In this document: positions 44,718-55,771 of the stretch, one piece after another
Position numbering within the stretch: position 1 is the stretch's first letter
Layout: each line of letters opens with the position of its first letter
From: an uncultured Candidatus Saccharibacteria bacterium
GTDB taxonomy: Bacteria > Patescibacteriota > Minisyncoccia > Minisyncoccales > GWA2-38-27
Reading direction: 5' to 3'
Length of the DNA stretch: 64,000 bases
Assembly (NCBI GenBank): GCA_964493085.1
Contig: CAZBLV010000010.1
Coordinates: 39,537-103,536 of the forward strand
Program-made: the position numbers and the translations under genes
The notes under the pieces: generated by a model
Told to the model about the DNA's origin: nothing
The model's input: the letters and a program-made list of their open reading frames with translations, nothing else
The model's database searches: none

Positions 44718-45552
44718 AATATCTGATCAGCTCGTCCCTGATTTCAGGGTTAGAAGCTGCTATCAACAATTCTACTTTATCATGTTGCCGGCCGGGAAGA
44801 AAGCTGTACTCTTTAAAGCTGCCGTCTGAATTGACGCTGACTATCTCGCAGCCAGCTCTTTTTGCCATGAAAAAGCCAGAATCTATTTCAGATCTGGGCT
44901 CTTCGAACATAATGTAAGCGTCCACTAATCCGGCTGCTAAATAAGCATAGATATAAGAGCCCCCTTGAGGATAGAACAAGGCCTTGGGGTGAAGATTCTT
45001 TATCAAGTCTCCGAAGAAATCCAAAAACTTCGGAGAATATTCGGAGCTCATAATGTAGCTGGCCAGAACAACAGAATCCGTTAAGGTCTTTTTGGAAGAA
45101 GGAAATACTTTTCTTTTTTGGCCTTGGGAAACAAGATAATTCCCATCTTTTTCTGTAATATAGTATCTATTATTTAAAATATCGCCGATACCGGTAACCA
45201 GAGGCGTTCTGTCTTTGTCAAAAAAACTCAAAACCGTATACCAGTTTTGAGGAATGTCTTTCAAGAAAAGCATTGAGCCGTCAAAGGGATCGATGGCTCC
45301 ATAAATATGACTTCCGTTTTCTATGTCTCTGTTCTCGGGTTCAGAAAACACCGTAGCTTCAATTTTGTTCTTCTCTAAAATATCCTTTAAAACCTCTTCT
45401 CCCACTCTGTCAATTGATATTTCCATGTCTTCTGGCCTGTTGATTGTTTCTCCCAGCACTTTCTTCCCCTGGCCAAGCCGGACTGCTTTTTTTATTTCTT
45501 CTGCAGCCTTTAGCAAATACTCTTTAACAACTTCTCTCGTTTTTTCTTCCAT
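44677..45552 (-). CDS. Inositol monophosphatase / fructose-1,6-bisphosphatase superfamily protein (archaeal IMPase/FBPase-like).
   Basis: GAIDPFDGS metal-binding motif and sugar-phosphatase fold length. Confidence 0.6.
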   Translation of the reverse strand: MEEKTREVVKEYLLKAAEEIKKAVRLGQGKKVLGETINRPEDMEISIDRVGEEVLKDILEKNKIEATVFSEPENRDIENGSHIYGAIDPFDGSMLFLKDIPQNWYTVLSFFDKDRTPLVTGIGDILNNRYYITEKDGNYLVSQGQKRKVFPSSKKTLTDSVVLASYIMSSEYSPKFLDFFGDLIKNLHPKALFYPQGGSYIYAYLAAGLVDAYIMFEEPRSEIDSGFFMAKRAGCEIVSVNSDGSFKEYSFLPGRQHDKVELLIAASNPEIRDELIRYYVKQYKRKFFLGS

Positions 45553-45628
45553 AATATCTTACTAGTTTACTTTTCCCAAAATAAAAGTCAAGGACAAAAA
45601 AACAGCCGGCATAACCGGCTGTTTTTTC

Positions 45629-47251
<1,623 letters not shown>

Positions 47252-47296
47252 TTATGCCCCTTGCTCTCCTCAAAAGGATTCGCTCGGGTTTGAATA

Positions 47297-47590
47297 TTAT
47301 TCTTCTATTATGGCTAAAATATCTTCTTCTTTGGCAATTAAATATTCTTTGTCTTTAACTTTTATTTCAGTAGGACCGTACTTGCTGAAAAGAACTTTTT
47401 GGCCCGGTTTCGTGTCTAAAGGAATGATTTTCCCGTCATTGTTTTTCCTGCCAGGGCCCACAGCTATAACTTTGCCCTGTTCCGGCCTTTCTTTTTCTGC
47501 TGTTTGAGGAAGCAGAATGCCGGATTCTGTTTTTTCTTCTTCCTCGATTGCCTCAATAAGAATGTGATCTGCGATAGGTTTTATTTTCAT
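47297..47590 (-). CDS. groS: Co-chaperonin GroES.
   Basis: MKIKPIADHILIE...GKVIAVGPGR. The track extension to 47638 overlaps the CIRCE operator. Confidence 0.9.
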   Translation of the reverse strand: MKIKPIADHILIEAIEEEEKTESGILLPQTAEKERPEQGKVIAVGPGRKNNDGKIIPLDTKPGQKVLFSKYGPTEIKVKDKEYLIAKEEDILAIIEE

Positions 47591-47631
47591 ATTTTTTAAG
47601 CTCGGACTTTGAGCAAAAAGCTCTTCGCCCG

Positions 47632-47658
47632 TTAGCAATTAAGACCTATGACTGCTAA
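47632..47658. promoter_or_regulatory. CIRCE-like HrcA operator (inverted repeat with 9-nt spacer) upstream of groES, with a TTGACA-N17-TATATT promoter just upstream on the minus strand.
   Basis: TTAGCAATT-N9-GACTGCTAA vs consensus TTAGCACTC-N9-GAGTGCTAA (15/18 matches); canonical position between promoter and groES ATG. Confidence 0.6.
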
Positions 47659-47710
47659 TAGTATAATATAAGGCATCCAAGCCTCTTCTGTCAAGATCCC
47701 CCAGACGACT

Positions 47711-50515
47711 TTATAAGTTCTTTCGTAAGAATTCCCCTGTGTGGCTCCCCTTCGCCCTTCTTACTTCTGCAGGAGAGCCTTCAGCCACTATCTTACCTCC
47801 TTCTCTCCCCCCTTCAGGGCCTAGATCGCATATCCAGTCCGCGTTTTTAATGAAATCAATATTGTGTTCAATGGTTAAAACAGTGTTCCCTTTGGCCACC
47901 AGACTCTTTAAAACAGAAACCAGTTTTTTTACATCCTCAAAATGGAGACCAGTAGTCGGCTCATCGAGTATATAAAGAGTTTTGCCTGTCCCTTTTTTGG
48001 AAAGCTCCGAAGCCAGTTTTATGCGCTGGGCTTCTCCTCCTGACAAAGAGGGGGCAGGCTGTCCAAGCTCAACATAGGAAAGCCCGACCTCGTTAAGCAT
48101 CTTAAGCTTGTGGTAAAGGCCTGGGATGTGTTTGAAGAATTTCATCGCTTCTTCCACTGTCATTTCCAAAACTTCTGCAATATTCTTGCCTCTGTATTCG
48201 ACCTTCAGGGCTTCCTTGTTATATCTTTTTCCGTGGCATTCCTGGCATTCCACATAAACATCTGGCAGAAAAAACATTTCTACTTTTATTTCTCCCTGGC
48301 CCTCGCAGGCCTCGCATCTTCCTCCCTTTACGTTAAAGCTGAACCTTCCCGGACCATATCCCCTTATTCTCGCTTCCTTTGTTTTGGAAAAAAGCTCCCT
48401 GATATAAGAAAAAGCTCCTGTATAAGTGGCGGGGTTAGACCTCGGGGTTCTTCCTATAGGAGACTGATCAACAAGAACAGGCTTATTTATATTTTCCAAT
48501 CCCTTAATTTCTTTAAACTGTCCTGGTTCTTCCTTGCTATGGTAAAACCTCTTAAACAAGGCCTTGGCTAAAACGTCATCCACTAAAGAACTTTTGCCGG
48601 AGCCCGACACTCCTGTTACGCAGATAAAACTTCCTAGGGGAATTTTAAAGTCTATGTTTTTTAAATTATGCTCTTTTGCTCCTTTAACCTGCAAGTATTC
48701 TTTTTTTCTCCTTTCGGGCAAGACAAAACCTGATTTCTGCAGTCTTTCTTTTAAAGCTCTTTGGTCAACTTCAACCTTTTTCTTTCCCGACAAGTACTGG
48801 CCTGTCAGATTGCCGGATCTCTTCAGCTCTTTTGGCGTTCCTTTAAAAACTACTTTTCCCCCGTGCTTGCCCGCTCCAGGCCCTATGTCCACTACCCAGT
48901 CCGCAGCCAGCATTGTTTGAGGATCGTGCTCCACTACAACCACAGTGTTTCCGGAATCTCTTAATTTCTTTAAGGTGTTAATGAGCCTTCCTTGGTCTCT
49001 GGGGTGAAGTCCGATTGAAGGCTCGTCTAGAATATAAAGAACTCCTGTCAGCTTGGCTCCTATCTGGGTAGCTAGTCTTATTCTTTGTTCTTCCCCTCCG
49101 GCCAAAGTAGTGGCCTTTCTGTCTAGGGAAAGATAGTCAAGTCCTACGTCGATTAAAAACTGGATTCTATTCAGCACTTCTTTAATTATAGGCCCTGAAA
49201 CCTTGTCCTTTTCCAGTTTAGAAAAAAACTCTTTGGCTTCTGCTACAGGAACTTCAACTAACTGGTCAATGGACTTTCCTGCCACAGTAACAGCTAAGGC
49301 CTCGGGCTTTAATCTTTTTCCTTGGCATTTCGGGCATTTTTTCACTATCATATACTGCTCAATCTCCTTTCTTGTCCAATCAGAGTCAGTTGCTTGGTAT
49401 CTTCTTTCCAGGTTGGGAATTACTCCCTCAAAGTCGCCCTCCCCATAAAGAATAGAATTAACAATCTTTGGAGAAAGGTTTTTGACCGGCTCATGAATGC
49501 TAAATTCTTTTTTTTCTGCCAATTCTTTAAGCTGGCTCCAAAAATAGCTTTGCCTTCCTAATTTATGAGAAGCTCTCATCCAAGGCCTGACCGCTCCTTC
49601 TGCCAGGGTCAGATTTTTATTTGGAATAACCAGGGCAGGATCAACCTCTAGTTTTTCTCCCAGCCCGGAACATTCCGGGCAGGCGCCGTAAGGACTGTTA
49701 AAAGAGAATAAGCGGGGCTCTGGCTCTGGAAGAGAAATTTCGCAGTTTTCGCAAGCAAGATATTCGCTGAAAACTATATCTTCTTCCTTGTCAGGAGAAA
49801 CAATTACCGTGCCCTTGCCCATTTTAGAAGCTATCTCCAAAGAATCTATCAGGCGCTCTTTATCTACATCCTCGCCCAGAATAATTCTGTCTACCACTAT
49901 TTCAATAGAGTGATTCTTGTTCCTGTCCAGACTTAGCTTTAAAGACTCTTCTGTTCTGTAGATAGTCTCGTCTATTCTTACTCTCACAAACCCCCCTCTT
50001 TGTATCTCTTCCAGCGTTCCCTGGTGCTCGCCTTTTTTTCCTTTGACTGCGGGTCCTAAGATTAGAATCTCTTTGTCTTTCGGCAGTTTTAATATCTGTT
50101 TTTCTATTTGCTCTATGCTTTGTCTGCTCACCTTCTTCCCGCAGACAGGGCAATGAGGCTCTCCTGTCCTGGCAAACAAAAGACGGATATAGTCATATAT
50201 CTCCGTAATGGTGCCTACGGTAGAGCGCGGATTATGGGAAGACTTTCTTTGGTCTATGGAAATGGCAGGGCTTATCCCCTCTATTTTGTCCACTTCTGGC
50301 TTGTCCATCACTCCCAGAAACTGTCTGGCATAGGCCGACAAGCTTTCTATGTATCTTCTTTGGCCTTCGGCATAAAGAGTGTCAAAAGCTAAAGAGCTTT
50401 TCCCAGACCCTGAAATGCCGGTAATTACCGTAAGCTTGTTTCTGGGAAAATCAATGCTTATATTTTTAAGATTGTGGACCTTAGCCCCTCTTATTTTAAT
50501 AATTTCCTTTTCCAT
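47711..50515 (-). CDS. uvrA: Excinuclease ABC subunit A.
   Basis: Two ABC ATPase modules ([26 protein letters not shown]), Zn modules, LSGGE signature. Start trimmed to [10 protein letters not shown] at 50515. Confidence 0.95.
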   Translation of the reverse strand: MEKEIIKIRGAKVHNLKNISIDFPRNKLTVITGISGSGKSSLAFDTLYAEGQRRYIESLSAYARQFLGVMDKPEVDKIEGISPAISIDQRKSSHNPRSTVGTITEIYDYIRLLFARTGEPHCPVCGKKVSRQSIEQIEKQILKLPKDKEILILGPAVKGKKGEHQGTLEEIQRGGFVRVRIDETIYRTEESLKLSLDRNKNHSIEIVVDRIILGEDVDKERLIDSLEIASKMGKGTVIVSPDKEEDIVFSEYLACENCEISLPEPEPRLFSFNSPYGACPECSGLGEKLEVDPALVIPNKNLTLAEGAVRPWMRASHKLGRQSYFWSQLKELAEKKEFSIHEPVKNLSPKIVNSILYGEGDFEGVIPNLERRYQATDSDWTRKEIEQYMIVKKCPKCQGKRLKPEALAVTVAGKSIDQLVEVPVAEAKEFFSKLEKDKVSGPIIKEVLNRIQFLIDVGLDYLSLDRKATTLAGGEEQRIRLATQIGAKLTGVLYILDEPSIGLHPRDQGRLINTLKKLRDSGNTVVVVEHDPQTMLAADWVVDIGPGAGKHGGKVVFKGTPKELKRSGNLTGQYLSGKKKVEVDQRALKERLQKSGFVLPERRKKEYLQVKGAKEHNLKNIDFKIPLGSFICVTGVSGSGKSSLVDDVLAKALFKRFYHSKEEPGQFKEIKGLENINKPVLVDQSPIGRTPRSNPATYTGAFSYIRELFSKTKEARIRGYGPGRFSFNVKGGRCEACEGQGEIKVEMFFLPDVYVECQECHGKRYNKEALKVEYRGKNIAEVLEMTVEEAMKFFKHIPGLYHKLKMLNEVGLSYVELGQPAPSLSGGEAQRIKLASELSKKGTGKTLYILDEPTTGLHFEDVKKLVSVLKSLVAKGNTVLTIEHNIDFIKNADWICDLGPEGGREGGKIVAEGSPAEVRRAKGSHTGEFLRKNL

Positions 50516-50583
50516 AAGATAGAACATTATAACGGAAGAAAAGACTTTTTTCAAGGTCCTTGACTCAAATCCGCAAAAGAAAG

Positions 50584-50612
50584 GGGCCTGTCCAGTATTT
50601 ACTGAACAGGCC
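50584..50612 (-). terminator. Terminator hairpin of paralog B, sequence-related to the paralog A terminator.
   Basis: ggcctgtcc-agtatttact-gaacaggcc, compared with gcctgttca-atgaatgc-tgaacaggc at 11755-11780. Confidence 0.5.
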
Positions 50613-50618
50613 CTTTGG

Positions 50619-51098
50619 TTAGTTCTTTGCGAGAAGCCAGCTACCGGCTGCTTGCAAAACCTTTCGCGAAGAAAGCCATTTCAATCCTATGACCAAGCTG
50701 TAGGCCAGACCAATGGCTAGTCCGAGAACTAGGGTGTAGGTCAGGCCGTAGGTCAGACTGACGATCAGGCCGAAAACCAAGCCATAGATCAAGCTGACGA
50801 TCAGGCCGAGAGCCAGGCCAACGGTCACCAGAACAGAGGATGTTCCTTCTCGTGAAGATGATTTTCTGGCAGGAAATAAAGATATTACAACCACAGACCA
50901 AATAGGCCCTATCAAGACATCCCACCAGCGAGATATCCTAAAAGGAAGCTCCCAAGTCCAGCTATCTGTCACCTTGACGTTTTGGACCACAGGCACGCTA
51001 CCGGCAGAAAAACGCCAGATCAGCCAGAACAAGGCGATCAGCCCTCCTGTCAGAAGCGACCATCTCCACATCAGAGCAAGCCTCCTTTTTTTTCCCAT
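50619..51098 (-). CDS. Membrane protein with glycine-zipper repeats, paralog B of 11132-11728; high GC and SD-led.
   Basis: MGKKRRLALMWRWSLLTGGLIALFWLIWRFSAGSVPVVQNVK... is nearly identical at the N-terminus to paralog A. The repeats are (GLxxSLxYGL)n. SD aaaaggaaag. The shared upstream cgtacaTTGACAa promoter motif lies at 51150-51163. Confidence 0.5.
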   Translation of the reverse strand: MGKKRRLALMWRWSLLTGGLIALFWLIWRFSAGSVPVVQNVKVTDSWTWELPFRISRWWDVLIGPIWSVVVISLFPARKSSSREGTSSVLVTVGLALGLIVSLIYGLVFGLIVSLTYGLTYTLVLGLAIGLAYSLVIGLKWLSSRKVLQAAGSWLLAKN

Positions 51099-51269
51099 TT
51101 TTCTTTCCTTTTCCGTTGTTTTGCCAAGTTTTGTCTGGCAGAGAACAATTCTCTGCCAACTCATTGTCAATGTACGAAAACCTTTATATCATATATTTTT
51201 TAGAAGTCAACTCTCGGTTTCAGTTTTCTGTTGAAAATACGGGGAATTCGTCTTAGAATAAGCCAGGCT

Positions 51270-52490
51270 ATGGAAAAATTCTTTTTTGTTTCTACAATTG
51301 AAAAACTGCCTGCAACCTGCGGAGTCTATGCTTTTAAAGACAAAAACTCTTTCCTTTATGTCGGAAAAGCAGGAAACCTAAAAAACAGAGCGAAAAGCCA
51401 TTTTAACCAGCCCTCTTACAGGGACAATCTTTTTATTAACAAAACAGAAAAGATAGGATACATTGAAACAGATTCTGAAATAGAAGCCTTGATTTTGGAA
51501 GCGAAGCTTATTAAAAAACTTCAGCCAAAATACAATGTCCTCTGGAAAGACGACAAAAATTATTTTTATGTCGAAATAAACAGAGAAAGCCTGCCCTATG
51601 TTAAAATAACCCATCAGCCGATTTCCCAAAAAAACATAGAGCACATCGGCCCCTTTATAGAAGGAGGGCCCCTAAAAAAAGCGCTGAAAGTATTAAGAAA
51701 AGCATTCCCCTATTACAGCGCAAAAAACCACCCTAAAAAGCTTTGTCCTTTTTGTCATTTAAATTTATGTCCGGGACCCGATCCTAATATTAAAGAGTGC
51801 AAGAAAAATATCAGAAACCTGAAGAACTTTTTTGAAGGAAAAAAGAAATTTATTATAAAAGACCTTAGAAGGGAAATGAAAAAGGCCTCCAAAGAGCAAA
51901 AATACGAAAGGGCAGCAGAATTAAGGGATAAGATAGACGCCCTGGAAAGAGTGATGAGCCAGACTAAGGTAATAAGGCCTAAAAAAGAAACAGACTGGAG
52001 AGTTGTTAAAAAAGAGTTAAGGGAAGTGACGGGGCGGAATATTGAAAAAATAGAGGCCTATGATGTCTCCAATATTCAGGGCCAAAAAGCCACAGGGTCT
52101 CAAGCAGTTTTTATCAAAGGAAAACCCGAAAAAGGCCTTTACAGAAAGTTTAAGATAAAAATATCAGGAAAGCCTAATGACATTGCCATGATAAAAGAAA
52201 CGCTGAAAAGAAGACTGAAGCACAAAGAATGGCCTTACCCTGAAATGATATTAATAGACGGGGGCAGAGCCCAGCTGAACGCAGGGATAGAAGTGACGAA
52301 AGAATTTCCTTCTCTTTTTGTTTCCTCTCTGGCCAAAAAAGAGAATAAATTCTATCTGGAAAATAAAAAAGAGCCTTTATTGCTAAAGAATCTTCCCCAA
52401 GAGCTGTCAAGCTTAGTTCTGCACATGAGAGACGAATCTCACAGATTTGCCGTAAAATACCACAGACTGCTGCGGGAGAGATTGACCTAG
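51270..52490 (+). CDS. uvrC: Excinuclease ABC subunit C, short form (GIY-YIG, UVR and RNase-H-like domains; no C-terminal HhH).
   Basis: GVYAFKDKNSFLYVGKAGNLKNRAKSHF (GIY-YIG), EKYERAAELRDKIDALE (UVR motif), then the endonuclease domain. Confidence 0.8.
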   Translation: MEKFFFVSTIEKLPATCGVYAFKDKNSFLYVGKAGNLKNRAKSHFNQPSYRDNLFINKTEKIGYIETDSEIEALILEAKLIKKLQPKYNVLWKDDKNYFYVEINRESLPYVKITHQPISQKNIEHIGPFIEGGPLKKALKVLRKAFPYYSAKNHPKKLCPFCHLNLCPGPDPNIKECKKNIRNLKNFFEGKKKFIIKDLRREMKKASKEQKYERAAELRDKIDALERVMSQTKVIRPKKETDWRVVKKELREVTGRNIEKIEAYDVSNIQGQKATGSQAVFIKGKPEKGLYRKFKIKISGKPNDIAMIKETLKRRLKHKEWPYPEMILIDGGRAQLNAGIEVTKEFPSLFVSSLAKKENKFYLENKKEPLLLKNLPQELSSLVLHMRDESHRFAVKYHRLLRERLT

Positions 52491-52516
52491 TATTTGTTTT
52501 CTGCTATTATTAGACA

Positions 52517-52879
52517 ATGATAAGCAGGCTCTTGTTTCAGATAATCGCAGGCATTTTAACAATCTTCCTGGCGGCCCGTTTTGTTTCTGGAGTTGATTTT
52601 TCAGGAGAGCTAAGGCCCCTTATTATCGCAGGAAGCGTATTGGGAATAGTAAATTTCGCAATAAAACCCATTTTAAAAGCCATCGCTCTTCCTCTTAGAA
52701 TAATCACTTTAGGCCTTTTCACTCTTCTATTGAATCTGTTCTTGGTTTGGATAGTGGTCGATGTCTTATTCCCGGGCGACCTGGAAATAACCGGATTTGT
52801 GCCGCTTTTGTGGACAACGGCAATTCTCTGGATTCTTAACATTTTTTTTGTCCCTTACCGAAAAGAAAATTATAAATAA
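52517..52879 (+). CDS. DUF360/YvlD-family 4-TM membrane protein (phage holin 4 superfamily).
   Basis: Resembles B. subtilis YvlD: LGIVNFAIKPILKAIALPLRIITLGLF... Confidence 0.55.
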   Translation: MISRLLFQIIAGILTIFLAARFVSGVDFSGELRPLIIAGSVLGIVNFAIKPILKAIALPLRIITLGLFTLLLNLFLVWIVVDVLFPGDLEITGFVPLLWTTAILWILNIFFVPYRKENYK

Positions 52880-52880
52880 T

Positions 52881-53099
52881 ATGGTTAACATCATCAATAT
52901 TGCTCAAATTGTAGTTTCTGTTTTTTTGATTACTTTTATTCTTTTGCAACAAAAAGGAACAGCTCTTGGTTCTGCTTTTGGCGGAGAAGGCGGATCATTT
53001 TATTCTACTCGGAGAGGAATAGAGAAAAAGATTTACTGGGCTACTATTATCTGCGCTATTCTTTTCCTCTTGTTGGCTGTCATCAACCTTATTATCTAG
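52881..53099 (+). CDS. secG: Preprotein translocase subunit SecG.
   Basis: MVNIINIAQIVVSVFLITFILLQQKGTALGSAFGGEGGSFYSTRRG is the SecG signature LLQxxKGxGLGxAFGG. Confidence 0.75.
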   Translation: MVNIINIAQIVVSVFLITFILLQQKGTALGSAFGGEGGSFYSTRRGIEKKIYWATIICAILFLLLAVINLII

Positions 53100-53111
53100 C
53101 AGAAGAGCGAC

Positions 53112-55094
53112 ATGAACCGAAGAAAAGTTTTCTCTTTTGTGAGAATAAAAAAATGGCCATCAAAGGGCCAGTGGAAACAGCTTTTCAGCGTTTTAAATAA
53201 AAAAGAAAAAATAATTCTTGTTGTTTTTGCTGTTTTGGCCCTAGGATCTATGGTCTTTCTGGCAAGAAGCTTGTATCTTAATAACACTCAAATAACACCC
53301 GCCAAGGGAGGAACCCACATAGAGGGAGTGGCAGGCCAGCCAAGATTCATTAATCCTTTGTATGCTAACTCTGAAGCAGACAGAGCCCTGACCCAGCTTC
53401 TGTTTTCAGGCCTGATGAAATATGATAAAGACCTGAAAGTGGTGCCTGATCTGGCTCAGAAATACAAAATCGAAGAAAGCGGAAAAGTTTACAAGTTCTA
53501 CTTAAAAGAAGATTTGAAATGGCAGGACGGAATTCCCTTAACAGCAGACGACGTAGTGTTTACTATAAAAAGAATTCAAGACCCTGCCTACAAAAGTCCG
53601 CTCTTGCCCAACTGGGTTGGCGTGGAAGTTGAAAAAATAGGAGAGGCAGCGATAAAATTTGAAATAGGAAAGCCCTATCACGCTTTTGTCGAAAACTGCA
53701 CTGTTAAAATTCTGCCCAAACACATTTGGGAGAACGTTTCAGCAGAAAATTTCCCCTTGGAAATATACAACCTAAAACCCATAGGGTCTGGCCCCTACAA
53801 GATAAAGGAAGCAAGGCAGGAGGAACCCAATAGAATAGAGTCCCTTACTCTCTCCCACAATTCTTTTTACCACGGGCCTTCTCCTTATATCTCGGAAATA
53901 AAATTTTTGTTCAGAAAAACCGAGGAAGACCTGATAAAAGAATCCAAAAGAGGCAAAATTACCGGGTTTTCCGCTTCCTTGAATACGATTATGGCTGAAG
54001 GCTGGAACAAGCATAATTTTTCCCTGCCCCGCTATTTCGCAGTATTCTTCAATCCCGACCAGCAGGAAATATTCAAGGATAAAAAAGTGAGAGAGGCGCT
54101 AGAGCTTTCTCTTAACAAAAAAAAGATTATTGAAAGTCTGTTAAGCAAGACAGAAGAAGAAATAATACACTCTCCCCTATTGCCCGACATTTACGGGTTA
54201 GAACAGCCAGAAAAGACAATCCCTGATCTTGAAAAAGCAAAGGAATTATTAAAAGAAGCAGGCTTTGAACAGAAAGACGGAATAATGCAGAAAAAGCTGG
54301 AAAAAGAAAGAGCTTTCTCTTTCGAAAAAGACCTGACAAAGGGTTCTCAAGGAACCGAAGTGGAAGAGCTCCAGAAATGCCTTGCTGATTTGCCTGATGT
54401 TTACCCAGAGAAAGAAATAACCGGATATTTCGGAGATAAAACAAAAGTAGCAGTTATTAATTTCCAAGAAAAATACAAAGAAGAAATATTAGAGCCCTGG
54501 GGCCTTGAATCCGGAAATGGAAAGGTAAAAGAATCTACCAGAGAGAAATTGAATGAGATATGCTTTGATAATACAGAGACTATTGTCCCTTTAGAGTTTT
54601 CGCTAGTTACTGTCAATCAGCCCCAAATGGAAAAATTGGCAGAAGCGCTTAAAAAACAGTGGGCCGAGATAGGAGTTAAAGTGTCAGTCCAGTTAGCAGA
54701 CATTTCCCAATTAGAGCAAAACTATATTAAGCCCCGAGACTATAATGCCCTGCTTTTCGGCAACGTGCTAGGAGCAATTCCAGACCCTTTCCCTTTCTGG
54801 CACTCCTCCCAGATAAAAGATCCCGGGCTAAACCTGTCTCTTTTCGAAAATCAGAAAGCAGACCGATTAATGGAAGAGATAAGACAAAATACAGAAGGCA
54901 ACAAGGAGAGATTGGAGCAGCTGCAAGAAATAATTCTTGAAGAAAAACCGGCTATCTTCCTTTACAGCCCTTGTTACGCCTACTTCGCCTCAAAAGAAAT
55001 TAAGAACATCGTCCCTCAAAAAATAGCAGATCCCTCCAAGCGCTTTTTAAATATTGAGGAATGGTATATTAAAACAAAAAGAGGATGGAAATGA
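53112..55094 (+). CDS. ABC transporter substrate-binding protein (family 5, oligopeptide/nickel type) with an inserted peptidoglycan-binding-like domain.
   Basis: N-terminal TM/signal and SBP_bac_5 regions. Insert GSQGTEVEELQKCLADLPDVYPEKEITGYFGDKTKVAVINFQEKY resembles PG_binding_1. Confidence 0.65.
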   Translation: MNRRKVFSFVRIKKWPSKGQWKQLFSVLNKKEKIILVVFAVLALGSMVFLARSLYLNNTQITPAKGGTHIEGVAGQPRFINPLYANSEADRALTQLLFSGLMKYDKDLKVVPDLAQKYKIEESGKVYKFYLKEDLKWQDGIPLTADDVVFTIKRIQDPAYKSPLLPNWVGVEVEKIGEAAIKFEIGKPYHAFVENCTVKILPKHIWENVSAENFPLEIYNLKPIGSGPYKIKEARQEEPNRIESLTLSHNSFYHGPSPYISEIKFLFRKTEEDLIKESKRGKITGFSASLNTIMAEGWNKHNFSLPRYFAVFFNPDQQEIFKDKKVREALELSLNKKKIIESLLSKTEEEIIHSPLLPDIYGLEQPEKTIPDLEKAKELLKEAGFEQKDGIMQKKLEKERAFSFEKDLTKGSQGTEVEELQKCLADLPDVYPEKEITGYFGDKTKVAVINFQEKYKEEILEPWGLESGNGKVKESTREKLNEICFDNTETIVPLEFSLVTVNQPQMEKLAEALKKQWAEIGVKVSVQLADISQLEQNYIKPRDYNALLFGNVLGAIPDPFPFWHSSQIKDPGLNLSLFENQKADRLMEEIRQNTEGNKERLEQLQEIILEEKPAIFLYSPCYAYFASKEIKNIVPQKIADPSKRFLNIEEWYIKTKRGWK

Positions 55095-55669
55095 GCCTTA
55101 AAAACAAAAAGCCGGATATCAGGCGCCTTAGCGACATGAAAGACGTTGTCTACGACAAAGAGTGGCTGAAAAAAGCCCCTGATCTTGAACTTTATTTCAT
55201 GTATAGAGGATTAAAAGAAAGGGACGGATTAAGATATGACGTCACTGTTATCCCCGCCCGAATGCTGGGCCAAGAATACGTAAAGACTAAAGGACACGAG
55301 CATATAGGAAGCTATCAAGAAATATATACTGTCCTAGAAGGAGAAGCTATCTTTTTTATGCAAAAGGGGAAAGAAAAGATAAAAGACGCAATAGCTATTA
55401 GGGCCGAGAAAGGAGAGTCGGCCGTAATCCCCCCAGACTACGCTCATATCACCGTCAATCCTTCAGAAAAAGATTTGAAAATGGCAAACTGGATGGCAAA
55501 AGAAGCAAAAAGCGACTATAGCTTTATCCAGAAGATGGGAGGAGGATGTTATTTTTATACTGCAAAGGGCTGGATAAAAAACGTTAACTATTCCGAGGTT
55601 CCGGAAATCAGGCTTCAAAGCCCCTTGGAATCTGTTCCCGAAAACTTGGAATTCCTTAAAAAAGGATAG
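55085..55669 (+). CDS. pgiA: Cupin-type (archaeal-type) glucose-6-phosphate isomerase.
   Basis: IRRLSDMKDVVYDKEWLKKA, TKGHEH and VIPPDYAHITVN align with Pyrococcus cPGI (VRRLSDMEGYFVDERAWKEL, TKGHFH, YVPPYWAHRTVN). Confidence 0.75.
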   Translation: MEMSLKNKKPDIRRLSDMKDVVYDKEWLKKAPDLELYFMYRGLKERDGLRYDVTVIPARMLGQEYVKTKGHEHIGSYQEIYTVLEGEAIFFMQKGKEKIKDAIAIRAEKGESAVIPPDYAHITVNPSEKDLKMANWMAKEAKSDYSFIQKMGGGCYFYTAKGWIKNVNYSEVPEIRLQSPLESVPENLEFLKKG

Positions 55670-55679
55670 GCCGGGGTGG

Positions 55680-55765
55680 CGGAACGGAAGACGCGGCGGC
55701 CCCAGGAGCCGTTGGAGGAAACTCCTTGTGGGTTCGAATCCCACCCCCGGCACCACTAATTATGA
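55680..55765 (+). tRNA. tRNA-Leu (anticodon CAG), class II.
   Basis: Acceptor gccgggg/ccccggc, anticodon loop ccCAGga (C33 is unusual), long variable arm, T-arm gtgggttcgaatcccac, discriminator A, then cca. Confidence 0.75.
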
Positions 55766-55771
55766 AAAACA

